NCBI GenBank assembly: GCA_002254845.1
Contig: NKPT01000005.1
Location: 31,213 to 95,212, forward strand
Source: Chloracidobacterium sp. CP2_5A
GTDB lineage: Bacteria; Acidobacteriota; Blastocatellia; Chloracidobacteriales; Chloracidobacteriaceae
Direction of reading: 5' to 3'
DNA: 64,000 bases
Shown: one piece after another, positions 41,647 through 51,696 of the stretch
Layout: the number at the start of each line of letters is the position of its first letter
Position numbering within the stretch: position 1 is the stretch's first letter
The notes under the pieces: generated by a model
Database searches by the model: none
What the model saw: only the letters and a program-made list of their open reading frames with translations
What the model was told of the DNA's origin: nothing
Program-made: the position numbers and the translations under genes

Positions 41647-42999
41647 GTGTTCTCGCGTTTTCCGTTTTGGCTTTACAACGCGGCGCTGACCGCCGGCGCG
41701 CCCCTGTGGCTAAGCTACTACGGCGCGCGCGCCCTGCGCCGCCGAACAAGCTGCAGGAGCCTGCGCGAGCGACTCGCCTGCGGGCTGCCCTGCCCGCCGC
41801 CGCCGCTCATCTGGCTGCACTGCGTTTCCGTCGGCGAGACCCTGGCCGGACAGCCCTTGGCGGAGGCGCTCCGGGAGCGCCTTCCGGCGGCCCGCTTCGC
41901 TATCTCGACCACCACCGACGCCGGACAGGCTCGCGCGCGCGAGCAGCTTGCCTGGATGGACGCCCGCTTTCATTTCCCGCTCGACCTGCCCTGGGTCGCG
42001 GATCGGGCGGTGGCGAGCCTCAAGCCGGCCCTGGTCATCATTCTTGAAACGGAAATCTGGCCGAACTTTTTGCGCGCCTGCGCCCGGCGGGGCGTTCCGG
42101 TCGTTCTGGTCAATGGACGGCTTTCCGACCGCTCTTTCGCCCGGTATCGCCGCCTCGGCCGCGGCATGGGCGACCTGCTGAGGCGCTTTACGCTTTGCTT
42201 GATGCAATCCGCGGAGGACGCGGAGCGCATCCGGCAACTTGGCGCGCCGGCGGAGCGCGTTCTGATGACGGGAAACCTCAAGTATGCGCCGCCCAACGCG
42301 GCGGAGCGCGCGCGCCGCGATCGCATCGCCGCCGACCTTCAGCGGCAATTCGGCCTTGGCGATGGTCGCCCCTGCATCGTCGCGGGCAGCACGGTCGAAG
42401 GCGAGGAAGCCATCCTCGCCGAAGCTTTCGCCTGGCTGCGGGCAAGACCCGGCCTGAGCCGTTGCCGCCTGCTGCTCGCGCCGCGCCATCCAGAGCGATT
42501 CGCCGCGGTCGCTCGCGAGCTTCAGCGTCGGAGCCGGCTGGTCGCCCGCCGCTCGCAGCCCGGACCCGACGACGAGCGGGCGGACGTCATTCTGCTGGAC
42601 ACGATTGGCGAGCTGGTCGCGGCCTACCGCTGGGCGGACGTCGCCTTTATCGGCGGAAGCCTTGTCCCGCGCGGCGGGCACAACATTCTTGAGCCGGCCG
42701 CCGAAGGTCTTCCCGTCGTGACAGGCCACCACATGGAGAATTTTCGGGCCATTTTGAATCGCTTTCGCGCCGCCGACGCCATATGGCAACTCGCGCCGGG
42801 AATGCCTGACGAGCTTCCGGCCGCGCTGGCAACGGCGCTTGAGACGCTGCTGACCGATCCGGCGCGGGCCTCTGGGCTGGGGAGCCGCGCCAAGGCGACT
42901 TGGGCAGCGGAAACCGGCGCGGTGGCGGCGACGGTCGCCGCGCTGGAGTCGCGCATCCTGCCTAGCATCCCGGCGCTCGGCGCTATTCGAGGTGACTGA
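41647..42999 (+). CDS. waaA: 3-deoxy-D-manno-octulosonic-acid (Kdo) transferase
   Basis: 'IWLHCVSVGE', 'ETEIWPN' and 'GGSLVPRGGHNILEPA' are motifs typical of KdtA/WaaA. Confidence 0.85.
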   Translation: MFSRFPFWLYNAALTAGAPLWLSYYGARALRRRTSCRSLRERLACGLPCPPPPLIWLHCVSVGETLAGQPLAEALRERLPAARFAISTTTDAGQARAREQLAWMDARFHFPLDLPWVADRAVASLKPALVIILETEIWPNFLRACARRGVPVVLVNGRLSDRSFARYRRLGRGMGDLLRRFTLCLMQSAEDAERIRQLGAPAERVLMTGNLKYAPPNAAERARRDRIAADLQRQFGLGDGRPCIVAGSTVEGEEAILAEAFAWLRARPGLSRCRLLLAPRHPERFAAVARELQRRSRLVARRSQPGPDDERADVILLDTIGELVAAYRWADVAFIGGSLVPRGGHNILEPAAEGLPVVTGHHMENFRAILNRFRAADAIWQLAPGMPDELPAALATALETLLTDPARASGLGSRAKATWAAETGAVAATVAALESRILPSIPALGAIRGD

Positions 43000-43441
43000 T
43001 TTTCCCCTGAAGCGTCGTGTCAATCATCATCGGCGGCGTGCCGTCGCCGAAGAAAAACGACTCCATCGCGCCAAAGAGAAACTTCTGCGCCTGGGGATCG
43101 AGCGGATTCAAGCCGAAGTGGTTCATCAGCACGAGTTGCTGGGCCTGCCACTTCTTCCAGCACTCGGCGCAGGCGGTGGCGTGAACCTTGCGCCCCAAAT
43201 CGGTGTTGAACGGGACGCGGCTCATCGGGGCCATCTCATCCCGGCAGGCGTAGGCGTAAGCGTCGCCCGCGCGCTTGACGAGTCGCGCCTTTTCAAGCTC
43301 GCTGAGCGCCAGCTTGACTGACTTTTCGGGGTATCCGGTCTCGGCCACAAGCTGGGGCGATGAAAGCGGCCCCTTCTCCTTGAGGGTCTGGATAACGACG
43401 CGCGGCGCGCCTTTCAAAGCGACGCAGAGGGTATCGAGCAT
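42983..43441 (-). CDS. Winged-helix domain fused to a YggX-like (Fe2+-trafficking/oxidative-damage protection) domain
   Basis: The C-terminal 80 aa 'LGRKVHATACAECWKKWQAQQLVLMNHFGLNPLDPQAQKFLFGAMESFFFG' aligns with E. coli YggX '[52 protein letters not shown]'. The N-terminal 70 aa 'SSPQLVAETGYPEKSVKLALSELEKARLVKR' looks like a wHTH. Confidence 0.65.
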   Translation of the reverse strand: MLDTLCVALKGAPRVVIQTLKEKGPLSSPQLVAETGYPEKSVKLALSELEKARLVKRAGDAYAYACRDEMAPMSRVPFNTDLGRKVHATACAECWKKWQAQQLVLMNHFGLNPLDPQAQKFLFGAMESFFFGDGTPPMMIDTTLQGKISHLE

Positions 43442-43488
43442 AAGCGACTCACAGGGCGGAATGTTGTGCGACCATTAGCCTTATACGG

Positions 43489-43504
43489 TCTAAGCTTCTA
43501 AGCT
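43489..43504. repeat. 8-nt tandem duplication (tctaagct x2) abutting the TPR gene stop
   Basis: Read directly. It contains the same ctaagct/agcttag core as the repeat at 34-71. Confidence 0.8.
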
Positions 43505-44928
43505 TACGGGACTGGCGGCAAGTCGTACAGGCAGGCCGCCTGACGCAATCCAGACAGCAACTCGGCCTCAATTGTCCAGGCGTCTCGCAGGTTGAGTTGC
43601 CCAGTCGTTCGCTCGACGCGAATCGCGGCATTGAGCGCGGCGTCGGCGGCGTAGAGATCGCTTGAGCGATACAGCGCCTGCCCAAGGTCCTTGAGCGCCT
43701 CGGCGAAATCAGGGCGCTGCTCGATGGCGTAACGGAAAGCCTCAACCGCCAGCGCGGGCTTGTTCTGGCGCATGAGGGCCCGTCCCAGGCGGTGCCAGGC
43801 CTCCGGGAAAACGCCATTGTTTTTCTCGATGGCCGCGCGAAACGCCTGCTCGGCGACGTGGGGCGGCTCCCACTGCGCGAGAACGACGCCCAACTCGTAG
43901 TAGCCCTGCGCCGTGTTTCCCGCTGGCGTGGCGACAAAGTCCCGCAGAACTTGCGCCGCTTCCGCCAGCCGGCCAAGCTTGACATAGGCGCGGCTCAATT
44001 GGCGATACAAGCCAGGCAACGGCGATTCGGCGAGTTGGCGGGAAAGAACTTCAGCGGCCGCCTGCGGCTGCCCTGTAGCGAGCAGGGCCTTGCCTATGTC
44101 GAAGGCGGCTTCCGGGTACTGCCCGCCGCGACTCGCCCGCGCCTCCTTGAAAGCCGCTAGGGCCGCCTGAAAATCCCCTTGAAGCGCCTTGGCATTGCCA
44201 AGCCCAAGCCAACATTCGCCATCGGTCGGGCGCAGAGCTATCGCTGCGCGAAACGCTGCCTCGGCCGCCTGCGCGTTGCGCAGGCAAAGCGCGGCCAAGC
44301 CTAAGCTGTGATGCGCGGCTACGTCGGTATCGCCCGCCGCCAGCGCCTGCCGATAGGCGTCCAGCGCCGCCGCGGGCTGCTCCAGACGCCGCAGCGCGTT
44401 GCCCAAATTCCGATACGCGACGGCTAACGCGGAATCAGCGGTCAGCGCCGCGGCGTAGGCTTCGCGCGCCGCCGCGTAGTCGCCACGAACATAAAGCATA
44501 TTGCCAAGATTGAACCACGCCTTGCCGTACGGCAACGGGGAGCAGGCGACGGCGCGGCGCAAAAGCTGGAGCGGCTCCTCGGTGCGATTAGCGACAAAAA
44601 ACTTGCCCAGCTCGAACAAGCCGACGCCGAGGTTGAGCATCGCGCGAGGATCATCCGGCGCAAGCGTTTCCGCCGTCCGCCACATGCGCACCGCCTCGCG
44701 CAAGGCTCCCAAATCGCGCAGCACCGCGCCGAGCCACTGATACGAGGGCGCATGCTCGGCGTCGCAGCGAATAGCCTGGCGAAAAGCCTCCTGAGCGGAC
44801 TCCAGCTCGCCTTGCGCCCAGAGTCGCTTGCCGCGCTCAAACAAATCTCGCAGCCGGGCTTCAGGCTGCCCCGCGGCAGCGCGCGGCGCGGCCTGGTCAA
44901 GTGCAGTCGTCACCGTTTGATCTGTCAT
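43504..44928 (-). CDS. Tetratricopeptide-repeat protein
   Basis: 474 aa of about 34-residue repeats with the 'A...Y...G.A....G....A...F..A' pattern throughout. Confidence 0.8.
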   Translation of the reverse strand: MTDQTVTTALDQAAPRAAAGQPEARLRDLFERGKRLWAQGELESAQEAFRQAIRCDAEHAPSYQWLGAVLRDLGALREAVRMWRTAETLAPDDPRAMLNLGVGLFELGKFFVANRTEEPLQLLRRAVACSPLPYGKAWFNLGNMLYVRGDYAAAREAYAAALTADSALAVAYRNLGNALRRLEQPAAALDAYRQALAAGDTDVAAHHSLGLAALCLRNAQAAEAAFRAAIALRPTDGECWLGLGNAKALQGDFQAALAAFKEARASRGGQYPEAAFDIGKALLATGQPQAAAEVLSRQLAESPLPGLYRQLSRAYVKLGRLAEAAQVLRDFVATPAGNTAQGYYELGVVLAQWEPPHVAEQAFRAAIEKNNGVFPEAWHRLGRALMRQNKPALAVEAFRYAIEQRPDFAEALKDLGQALYRSSDLYAADAALNAAIRVERTTGQLNLRDAWTIEAELLSGLRQAACLYDLPPVP

Positions 44929-45173
44929 GGCGCCGGCGGCTGTCCTCTCCAGAGAAAACCTGCCCCCCCTCGCCCGTCCCTACTCAGGGTTGGCGGACTG
45001 GATACAGCCTCGCCAAGCCTCGAACCTCATGACGCGCGCCTCGGCGCTGACGCTAGCTTGCGTTATGCCGGACTAGATTGCAACCAAATAACGATAACCG
45101 GTCGGCGGGTCGCGATTTGGCCAAGCGCGGTGGTCAAGGGAATCGCCAGTGTGGTAGCGTCGCGCGAAAGCAA

Positions 45174-45199
45174 GCTTGAAACGCCTGCTTGAAACGCCT
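45174..45199. repeat. Perfect 13-nt tandem duplication (gcttgaaacgcct x2) in the atpD leader
   Basis: Read directly: 45174-86 equals 45187-99. Confidence 0.9.
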
Positions 45200-45205
45200 A
45201 TCGCG

Positions 45206-45225
45206 CCGGCGGCCCGCGCCGCCGG
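45206..45225 (+). promoter_or_regulatory. Perfect 8-bp / 4-nt-loop hairpin in the atpD 5' region
   Basis: ccggcggc-ccgc-gccgccgg, 39 nt upstream of the atpD ATG. It is followed by 'acttgacgccatttttGGAGGaaaaatcacgacATG'. Confidence 0.3.
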
Positions 45226-45236
45226 ACGCTACTTGA

Positions 45237-46715
<1,479 letters not shown>

Positions 46716-46802
46716 CGCCCGCGGCGCTCGCCTCGTACTCCATTCGGTTGTCCGGACCCGTCCATCCGGCAGCGGCGCGACGGCCCGGATAAATATCGCC
46801 CC

Positions 46803-47837
46803 ATGGCCAAGAAAGCGCCTGCATCGCCTCACCGCAAGCGACTGCTGATTACCGGCATTGCCGGCGGACTCGCGACGCAACTCGCTTCGTCCATCCCGCT
46901 TGACTGGGAAGTGGTCGGAATCGGGCGGCGGCCGCCACAGCTCCCCATTCGCCGCGACATCACCTATCGCCAGCTTGACATTCGCAAAAAGGCCCTGGAA
47001 AACCTGTTTCGCAACGAGCGATTTGACGCGGTCATTCACTTGGCGGTCGCTAATGACGCCCGGCTGCCGATGCAGGTTCGGCACACAGTCAACGTTATCG
47101 CCACCATGCGCTTGCTGGCCTGCTGCGAGCGCCAGGGCGTCCCGCAAGCGATCCTGCTGAGCAGCGCCGATGTTTACGGGGCGGATCCGACGAATCCGAC
47201 GTTCTTGACGGAAGACTATCCGCTCAAGGCCATTCAGCGGTACGCCGACATGGGCGACAAAGTCGAGTTTGACACGTACTGCCGCTCGTGGATGTATCAG
47301 GCTAAGTCCACGGCCACGACGCTTCTCCGCCCCTGCCATATTGTCGGCCCGCATGTTCAGAACTTTCTCACCACCTATTTGCGATTCGGCGTCGTTCCGG
47401 TTCCGCTTGGCTACGACCCGATGATCCAGGTGATTGACGAGCGCGACATGGTGCAGGCGCTGTTGCTCGTTCTGGAGAAAAAGCAGCGCGGCGTCTACAA
47501 CGTGACCGGACCCGGCGAGTTGCCGCTCTCCGTCGCCATTCGGGAAGCCGGCGGGCTGGCCATTCCGGTGATCTACCAGATGGCCGCGCCGCTGATGAAG
47601 CTGGGCTGGGCCGCTGGTCTCGTTCCCTTTCCAACGCCGCAGTACGACTTCTTGATGTTCCCATGCGTTATTGATGGGAGTCGTTTCCGAGAAGCGTTCG
47701 GGTTCAAGCCGCGCTTTTCGCTGCACAAGGCCCTGCGCTCGATCCGGCGACGCCCCGCGGCCGCAGCGGAAACCGAGGAGAGCGAGACAGTCGCCCGCCG
47801 CCGCCGCCCGCCGCGTCCGCCGCTGACCGAGTCATAA
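46803..47837 (+). CDS. NAD-dependent epimerase/dehydratase (extended SDR)
   Basis: 'LLITGIAGGLATQL' glycine-rich turn and 'YADMGDK' (YxxxK-type), with an Arg/Pro-rich C-terminal tail. Confidence 0.75.
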   Translation: MAKKAPASPHRKRLLITGIAGGLATQLASSIPLDWEVVGIGRRPPQLPIRRDITYRQLDIRKKALENLFRNERFDAVIHLAVANDARLPMQVRHTVNVIATMRLLACCERQGVPQAILLSSADVYGADPTNPTFLTEDYPLKAIQRYADMGDKVEFDTYCRSWMYQAKSTATTLLRPCHIVGPHVQNFLTTYLRFGVVPVPLGYDPMIQVIDERDMVQALLLVLEKKQRGVYNVTGPGELPLSVAIREAGGLAIPVIYQMAAPLMKLGWAAGLVPFPTPQYDFLMFPCVIDGSRFREAFGFKPRFSLHKALRSIRRRPAAAAETEESETVARRRRPPRPPLTES

Positions 47838-48000
47838 CGGCTGACGGAAGCGCTATGGCCGACCTGCCAAGGCAGGGCCTGCGCGGGCATGGCGGAACCG
47901 CGCTTGACTGTGTTACGCTTCTAAGCCAGCCATCATCGGTTGTAAGCTCGTCAGCAGTCATCCGCTCACGCCGCGCTCCTCGCGGCTTTTCCGAGTCGCT

Positions 48001-49797
48001 ATGTCGGAAGTCCCAGTCGCCATCTATGCCACGCTGAGCTACCTCGACAGTCAGGGGTTGCAGCGAACCGTGCGCATTGATCGCTCGGTATTTAGCATCG
48101 GCCGACTACGGACAAATGACCTCCAGGTGAATAACTCCTACGTCTCGCGCCGGCATGCCGAGATTACCTATGAGAACGGCAAGTTCGTCTTGCGCGACAA
48201 TCACAGCACCGGCGGCATCCTGCTCAACGGCGAGCGCGTGACCACCCATGTCCTGCAATCGGGCGACCAGTTCCAGCTTGGCAGTGTGAATCCGGTCACG
48301 TTTCTCTTTGAAACGCATGCCATCTCGCCGGACAGCGATGGCTTTGCGCAGACCGACGAGGAACAGCGGGTGACGGATCGGCTGACTACGGTCATCGCCA
48401 GCCCGCGGTCGCGCTTTCTCAACACCGCGTTGCTCGACAGCGCCGACAACATCACCGACCTCACGCTCAACCGGCTCAAGGCGCTCAACGAGTTCAACCG
48501 GCGGATGCTGGCGGCCACCAGCACGCAGGACTTGCTGGAGCGCCTGCTTGATGCCGCGATGGAAACGCTGCCGGCCGAGCGCGGCGCCGTCCTGCTCCGC
48601 GACACCGTGACCGGAGCGCTTGAGATTCGGGCGACGCGCACCCGCCCTGGAGCGCTACAAGCGCAGCCGAGCCTGACCATCGCCCTCCAAGCGTTCGAGC
48701 AAAATGTCGCCATCCGCAGCTTTGACGCGCAGTCCGACACGCGCTTCGCGCCGACTGTGAGCATTATCAATCAGGCGATCCGCTCCGTGATGTGCGCGCC
48801 GATTGGCTCCTCGCAGCAAGCGCGGGGCGTGTGCTACCTAGACAACCGGCTGACCGAAACGGAGTTTAGCGATGAAGAGCTGGAATATTTTCTGGCCCTA
48901 ACGCAGCAGTCCGGGTTTGTCATGGAGAATTTGCGTCTTATCGAGGAGCTGCGCGCGACCCAAGAGCGACTCATCAACAGCGAAAAGCTAGCCACGCTGG
49001 GGCAGTTTGCCAGCGGCATCGCGCATGAGCTGAAGAATCAGCTTTCGGCCCTTACCGCCGCCGAAATTCTGATGAGCGACACGGAAGATCAGCGCCAGCG
49101 CCAGCTCATTCAGCTCATTCTCAACGCCCAAAGGCGCATGGTATCCATGGTCAACGAAATTCGGGACTTTGCGCGCCCAGAGACCAACGCTTACGAAAAA
49201 ACCGTGCAGCCCCTCGTGCCGATTATCGAGGAGGCGCTCAGCTTCGCCCGCTATGACCCGCTGGTGAAAGTGTGTCGAACCCAATTTCACGCTGCCGCCG
49301 CGCCTTTGGTCAACCTGAATCGCGACAAAATCCTGCAGGTGTTACTCAACTTGTTTCGCAACGGGGCGCAGGCGATGCAGGGACGGCCGGGCGAGCTCGC
49401 GATACGGGTTGACGAAGTCGAAGGAAGTGCCAGAATCGCCATATCGGACACTGGCTGCGGCATTTCGCCGGAAAACCTGCAACGCATCTGGGAGCCTTTC
49501 TTCACGACCAAGGGCAGCGAAGGAACCGGGCTTGGGCTAGGCATATGTCGGCGAATCATTGAGGGACATGACGGCGACATTACCTGCCACAGCGTCCTGG
49601 GACAAGGAACGACGTTTACAATTCACTTGCCGCTGGCCGCCTCGCCTTCCGCGCAATCACAGACTGCAAAAATCATAGACTGCAAAACGACGGCGGCAGT
49701 GACACACCCCAACCGAAACTCGGATGCCATGATTGATTCAAACAGGCGCCAGGTATCTTATCGAGCGGAGAGGAACCCGTGTCATACGAACACCTAA
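48001..49797 (+). CDS. Cytoplasmic FHA-GAF-histidine kinase
   Basis: FHA 'FSIGRLRTNDLQVNNSYVSRRHAEITYENGKFVLRDNHSTGGILLNGERV', a GAF segment, H-box 'GIAHELKNQLS', and HATPase 'ISDTGCGISPE...GTGLGLGICRRII'. Confidence 0.85.
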   Translation: MSEVPVAIYATLSYLDSQGLQRTVRIDRSVFSIGRLRTNDLQVNNSYVSRRHAEITYENGKFVLRDNHSTGGILLNGERVTTHVLQSGDQFQLGSVNPVTFLFETHAISPDSDGFAQTDEEQRVTDRLTTVIASPRSRFLNTALLDSADNITDLTLNRLKALNEFNRRMLAATSTQDLLERLLDAAMETLPAERGAVLLRDTVTGALEIRATRTRPGALQAQPSLTIALQAFEQNVAIRSFDAQSDTRFAPTVSIINQAIRSVMCAPIGSSQQARGVCYLDNRLTETEFSDEELEYFLALTQQSGFVMENLRLIEELRATQERLINSEKLATLGQFASGIAHELKNQLSALTAAEILMSDTEDQRQRQLIQLILNAQRRMVSMVNEIRDFARPETNAYEKTVQPLVPIIEEALSFARYDPLVKVCRTQFHAAAAPLVNLNRDKILQVLLNLFRNGAQAMQGRPGELAIRVDEVEGSARIAISDTGCGISPENLQRIWEPFFTTKGSEGTGLGLGICRRIIEGHDGDITCHSVLGQGTTFTIHLPLAASPSAQSQTAKIIDCKTTAAVTHPNRNSDAMIDSNRRQVSYRAERNPCHTNT

Positions 49798-51614
49798 AGG
49801 CAAGCTGGCGGGCGGAGGTCGAAGCCATCGTGCGCTCGGAACTGGGCAAGATGGAATCCGAAATCGCCCGAATGCATCACCAAGTTGAGCAGTCATTCAC
49901 CCAGTTGCTAGCGCAATCGGCAGCGCGACTGGCCGCCGTCAGTCAGGAGTCGGCCATCGCGGAGTTTACCGAGCGCGCCATGACGCACTTGGCAGCGCTT
50001 TCAGCGTCATCGGCGGCGACCGCTCCGGCACCAGCGGCGGCGGTCGCCGCCACGCCGCCGCAACCTGAGCCGCCGAATCAACCGCCCGCGCCCGCCGGCA
50101 TTGATCTCCAGGCGCTTTATTACTACCTCGTCGAGATTCAAAGTCAGCACAGCCAAGCGGAGATTCTCAACCTGCTTGTCGCGCGCGCTATGGAATACGC
50201 CCCGCGGGTCGCCTTGTTCGTCGTCAAAGCGGGGAGCATTGTGGCCTGGGCGGAGCGCGGCTTCGAGACCGCCGGCGTTTCCCTGCGCGGGCTGACCGTT
50301 TCTCTCCAAGCGAAAACCACGCTCCTGGCGGCGCTTGAACAGCAGATGGCCGTTTTGGACAGCCCTTATGCCTACGCTGAAAACCAGCTCCTGCTCGACC
50401 GCATTGGCAGCGCGCCGGAGGCGATAGCGGGCATTCCGCTGCTTGTGCGCGGCAAGGCGGCGGCCGTTTTGTATGCCGACGCTGGCAATCAGCCCGCGGC
50501 GAGCATCGCGCTTGCGCCGCTCCAGATTTTGGTCAATGTCGCCGGGCTAACGGTCGAGCTGCTCAGCACGCGCAGCCGCCTGTCCACCACCTCCATTGCT
50601 AGCCCTGCTGCCGACTACCCCAAGCCCGAGGAGCTGCAGCAACCCCAACGAGCGGAAGCCAAGCCGCCAGCGCCCGCCGACACGCCGCCGACCGCCAACG
50701 AAGCTCCGTCCCTAAAGCCGCCCCAGACTATGGAAGCGTCGCCTGTGACGGCGGCCGCCGATACAAGTCAGACTGCCGATACGAGTCAGGCGGAAGCGCC
50801 AGCGCCCGTCGAAGCGCCAGCGCCCGTCGAAGCGCCAGCGCCCGTCGAAGCGCCAGCGCCCGTCGAAGCGAAGGCGGAAACCGATTACGCCAATGGCGTC
50901 ACGACTGAAATCACGCCGCCGGTGACGCCTGCGGAAGCGCCAGCGCCCGCCGGATTGCCCGCCTTCATTGTGACGCCGACTGAAACGGCGAAGCCAGAGC
51001 CAACCTTCGAGCCGCAACCGATTCCGCCGGTCGTGCCGCAAGAGCCGCTGGTTCAAGCGCCGATTACGTCGCCCGTCCCCGAATCGGCGGAAACGCCGCC
51101 TTCGGACAGGGCGTCAGCCTGGCAGATGGAACAGCCTGCGGAGCAAGCTAACCTTACGACGCCAGTGTTTGACCCGCGGCAAGGGGAAGACTCGCCGCCA
51201 ACGGCCACCGCGCCCGACCACGCGAACGGCTTTGACGTGAAGCCGCTGCCGGCGTCGCCCGGCGCGTTGCCGTCCATTGCAGCGACCGCGCCGCTGCTCG
51301 CGCCGCCAACGCCATCCACGGATGAAGAAGCCAAGGCGCACAATGACGCTCGGCGCTTCGCCCGGCTGCTGGTATCGGAAATTAAGCTCTACAACGAGGC
51401 GAAAGTCACCGAAGGGCGCCTCAACCGCGATCTGTATGACCGCCTGAAGGAAGACATTGACCGCTCGCGTCAAATGTACGACAAGCGCGTCAATCCCATT
51501 GTGGCGGCGAAGTTCGATTACTTCTACGACGAGCTGGTCTCTTCGCTGGCGGAAGGGGACCCGTCCCGGCTGGGCATTGACTGCCCCGGCCCGGTGCTGG
51601 TTCAGCCTGAATAA
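49779..51614 (+). CDS. Hypothetical protein: N-terminal coiled coil, GAF-like domain, ~230-aa Pro/Ala/Thr-rich linker with repeats, and a conserved-looking C-terminal helical module
   Basis: GTG 49779 is preceded by GGAGAGGA and overlaps the kinase 3' end by 19 nt. GAF-like 'ILNLLVARAMEYAPRVALFVVKAGSIVAWAERGF...IPLLVRGKAAAVLYAD'. C-terminus 'ARRFARLLVSEIKLYNEAKVTEGRLNRDLYDRLKEDIDRSRQMYDKRV'. Confidence 0.7.
   Translation: MSYEHLKASWRAEVEAIVRSELGKMESEIARMHHQVEQSFTQLLAQSAARLAAVSQESAIAEFTERAMTHLAALSASSAATAPAPAAAVAATPPQPEPPNQPPAPAGIDLQALYYYLVEIQSQHSQAEILNLLVARAMEYAPRVALFVVKAGSIVAWAERGFETAGVSLRGLTVSLQAKTTLLAALEQQMAVLDSPYAYAENQLLLDRIGSAPEAIAGIPLLVRGKAAAVLYADAGNQPAASIALAPLQILVNVAGLTVELLSTRSRLSTTSIASPAADYPKPEELQQPQRAEAKPPAPADTPPTANEAPSLKPPQTMEASPVTAAADTSQTADTSQAEAPAPVEAPAPVEAPAPVEAPAPVEAKAETDYANGVTTEITPPVTPAEAPAPAGLPAFIVTPTETAKPEPTFEPQPIPPVVPQEPLVQAPITSPVPESAETPPSDRASAWQMEQPAEQANLTTPVFDPRQGEDSPPTATAPDHANGFDVKPLPASPGALPSIAATAPLLAPPTPSTDEEAKAHNDARRFARLLVSEIKLYNEAKVTEGRLNRDLYDRLKEDIDRSRQMYDKRVNPIVAAKFDYFYDELVSSLAEGDPSRLGIDCPGPVLVQPE
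50793..50870 (+). repeat. In-frame 18-nt tandem repeat, 4.3 perfect copies (gaagcgccagcgcccgtc = E-A-P-A-P-V)
   Basis: Read directly. It is preceded by an imperfect 18-nt pair (ADTSQT/ADTSQA) at 50757-50792. Confidence 0.95.
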
Positions 51615-51644
51615 GCCACGCCAGCGCCGGCGCAAGCATCCAGT

Positions 51645-51679
51645 GGACGAGCGGGGGCAGCGCGCTCGTCCATTTTTTT
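51645..51679 (+). terminator. Rho-independent terminator
   Basis: 9-bp perfect stem ggacgagcg / cgctcgtcc (51645-53 / 51663-71), followed by a + T7 (51673-79). Confidence 0.8.
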
Positions 51680-51696
51680 CAATCCGTATCGCCGCT

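Noticed and set aside
41710-43023. 437-aa minus-strand ORF, plus many other 100-280-aa shadow ORFs (for example 1314-2069, 2119-2955, 38650-39384, 52222-52959, 60256-61062, 63087-63806)
   Set aside because: All overlap strongly supported genes on the opposite strand or in another frame. They are Arg/Gly/Pro-rich and lack motifs.
50793-50870. Possible CRISPR-like array
   Set aside because: The repeats are contiguous 18-mers with no spacers, are in frame, and lie inside a coding Pro-rich linker. No cas genes are present.
51457-51696. N-terminal extensions suggested by the ORF track. Examples: Slt from 51457, UppP to 55069, EgtD to 11864, DprA to 56725, RqcH to 5589, methyltransferase to 29160
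   Set aside because: In each case an internal ATG coincides with the start of family homology. The extension overlaps a neighbouring gene, the 51645-51679 terminator, or a promoter spacer.
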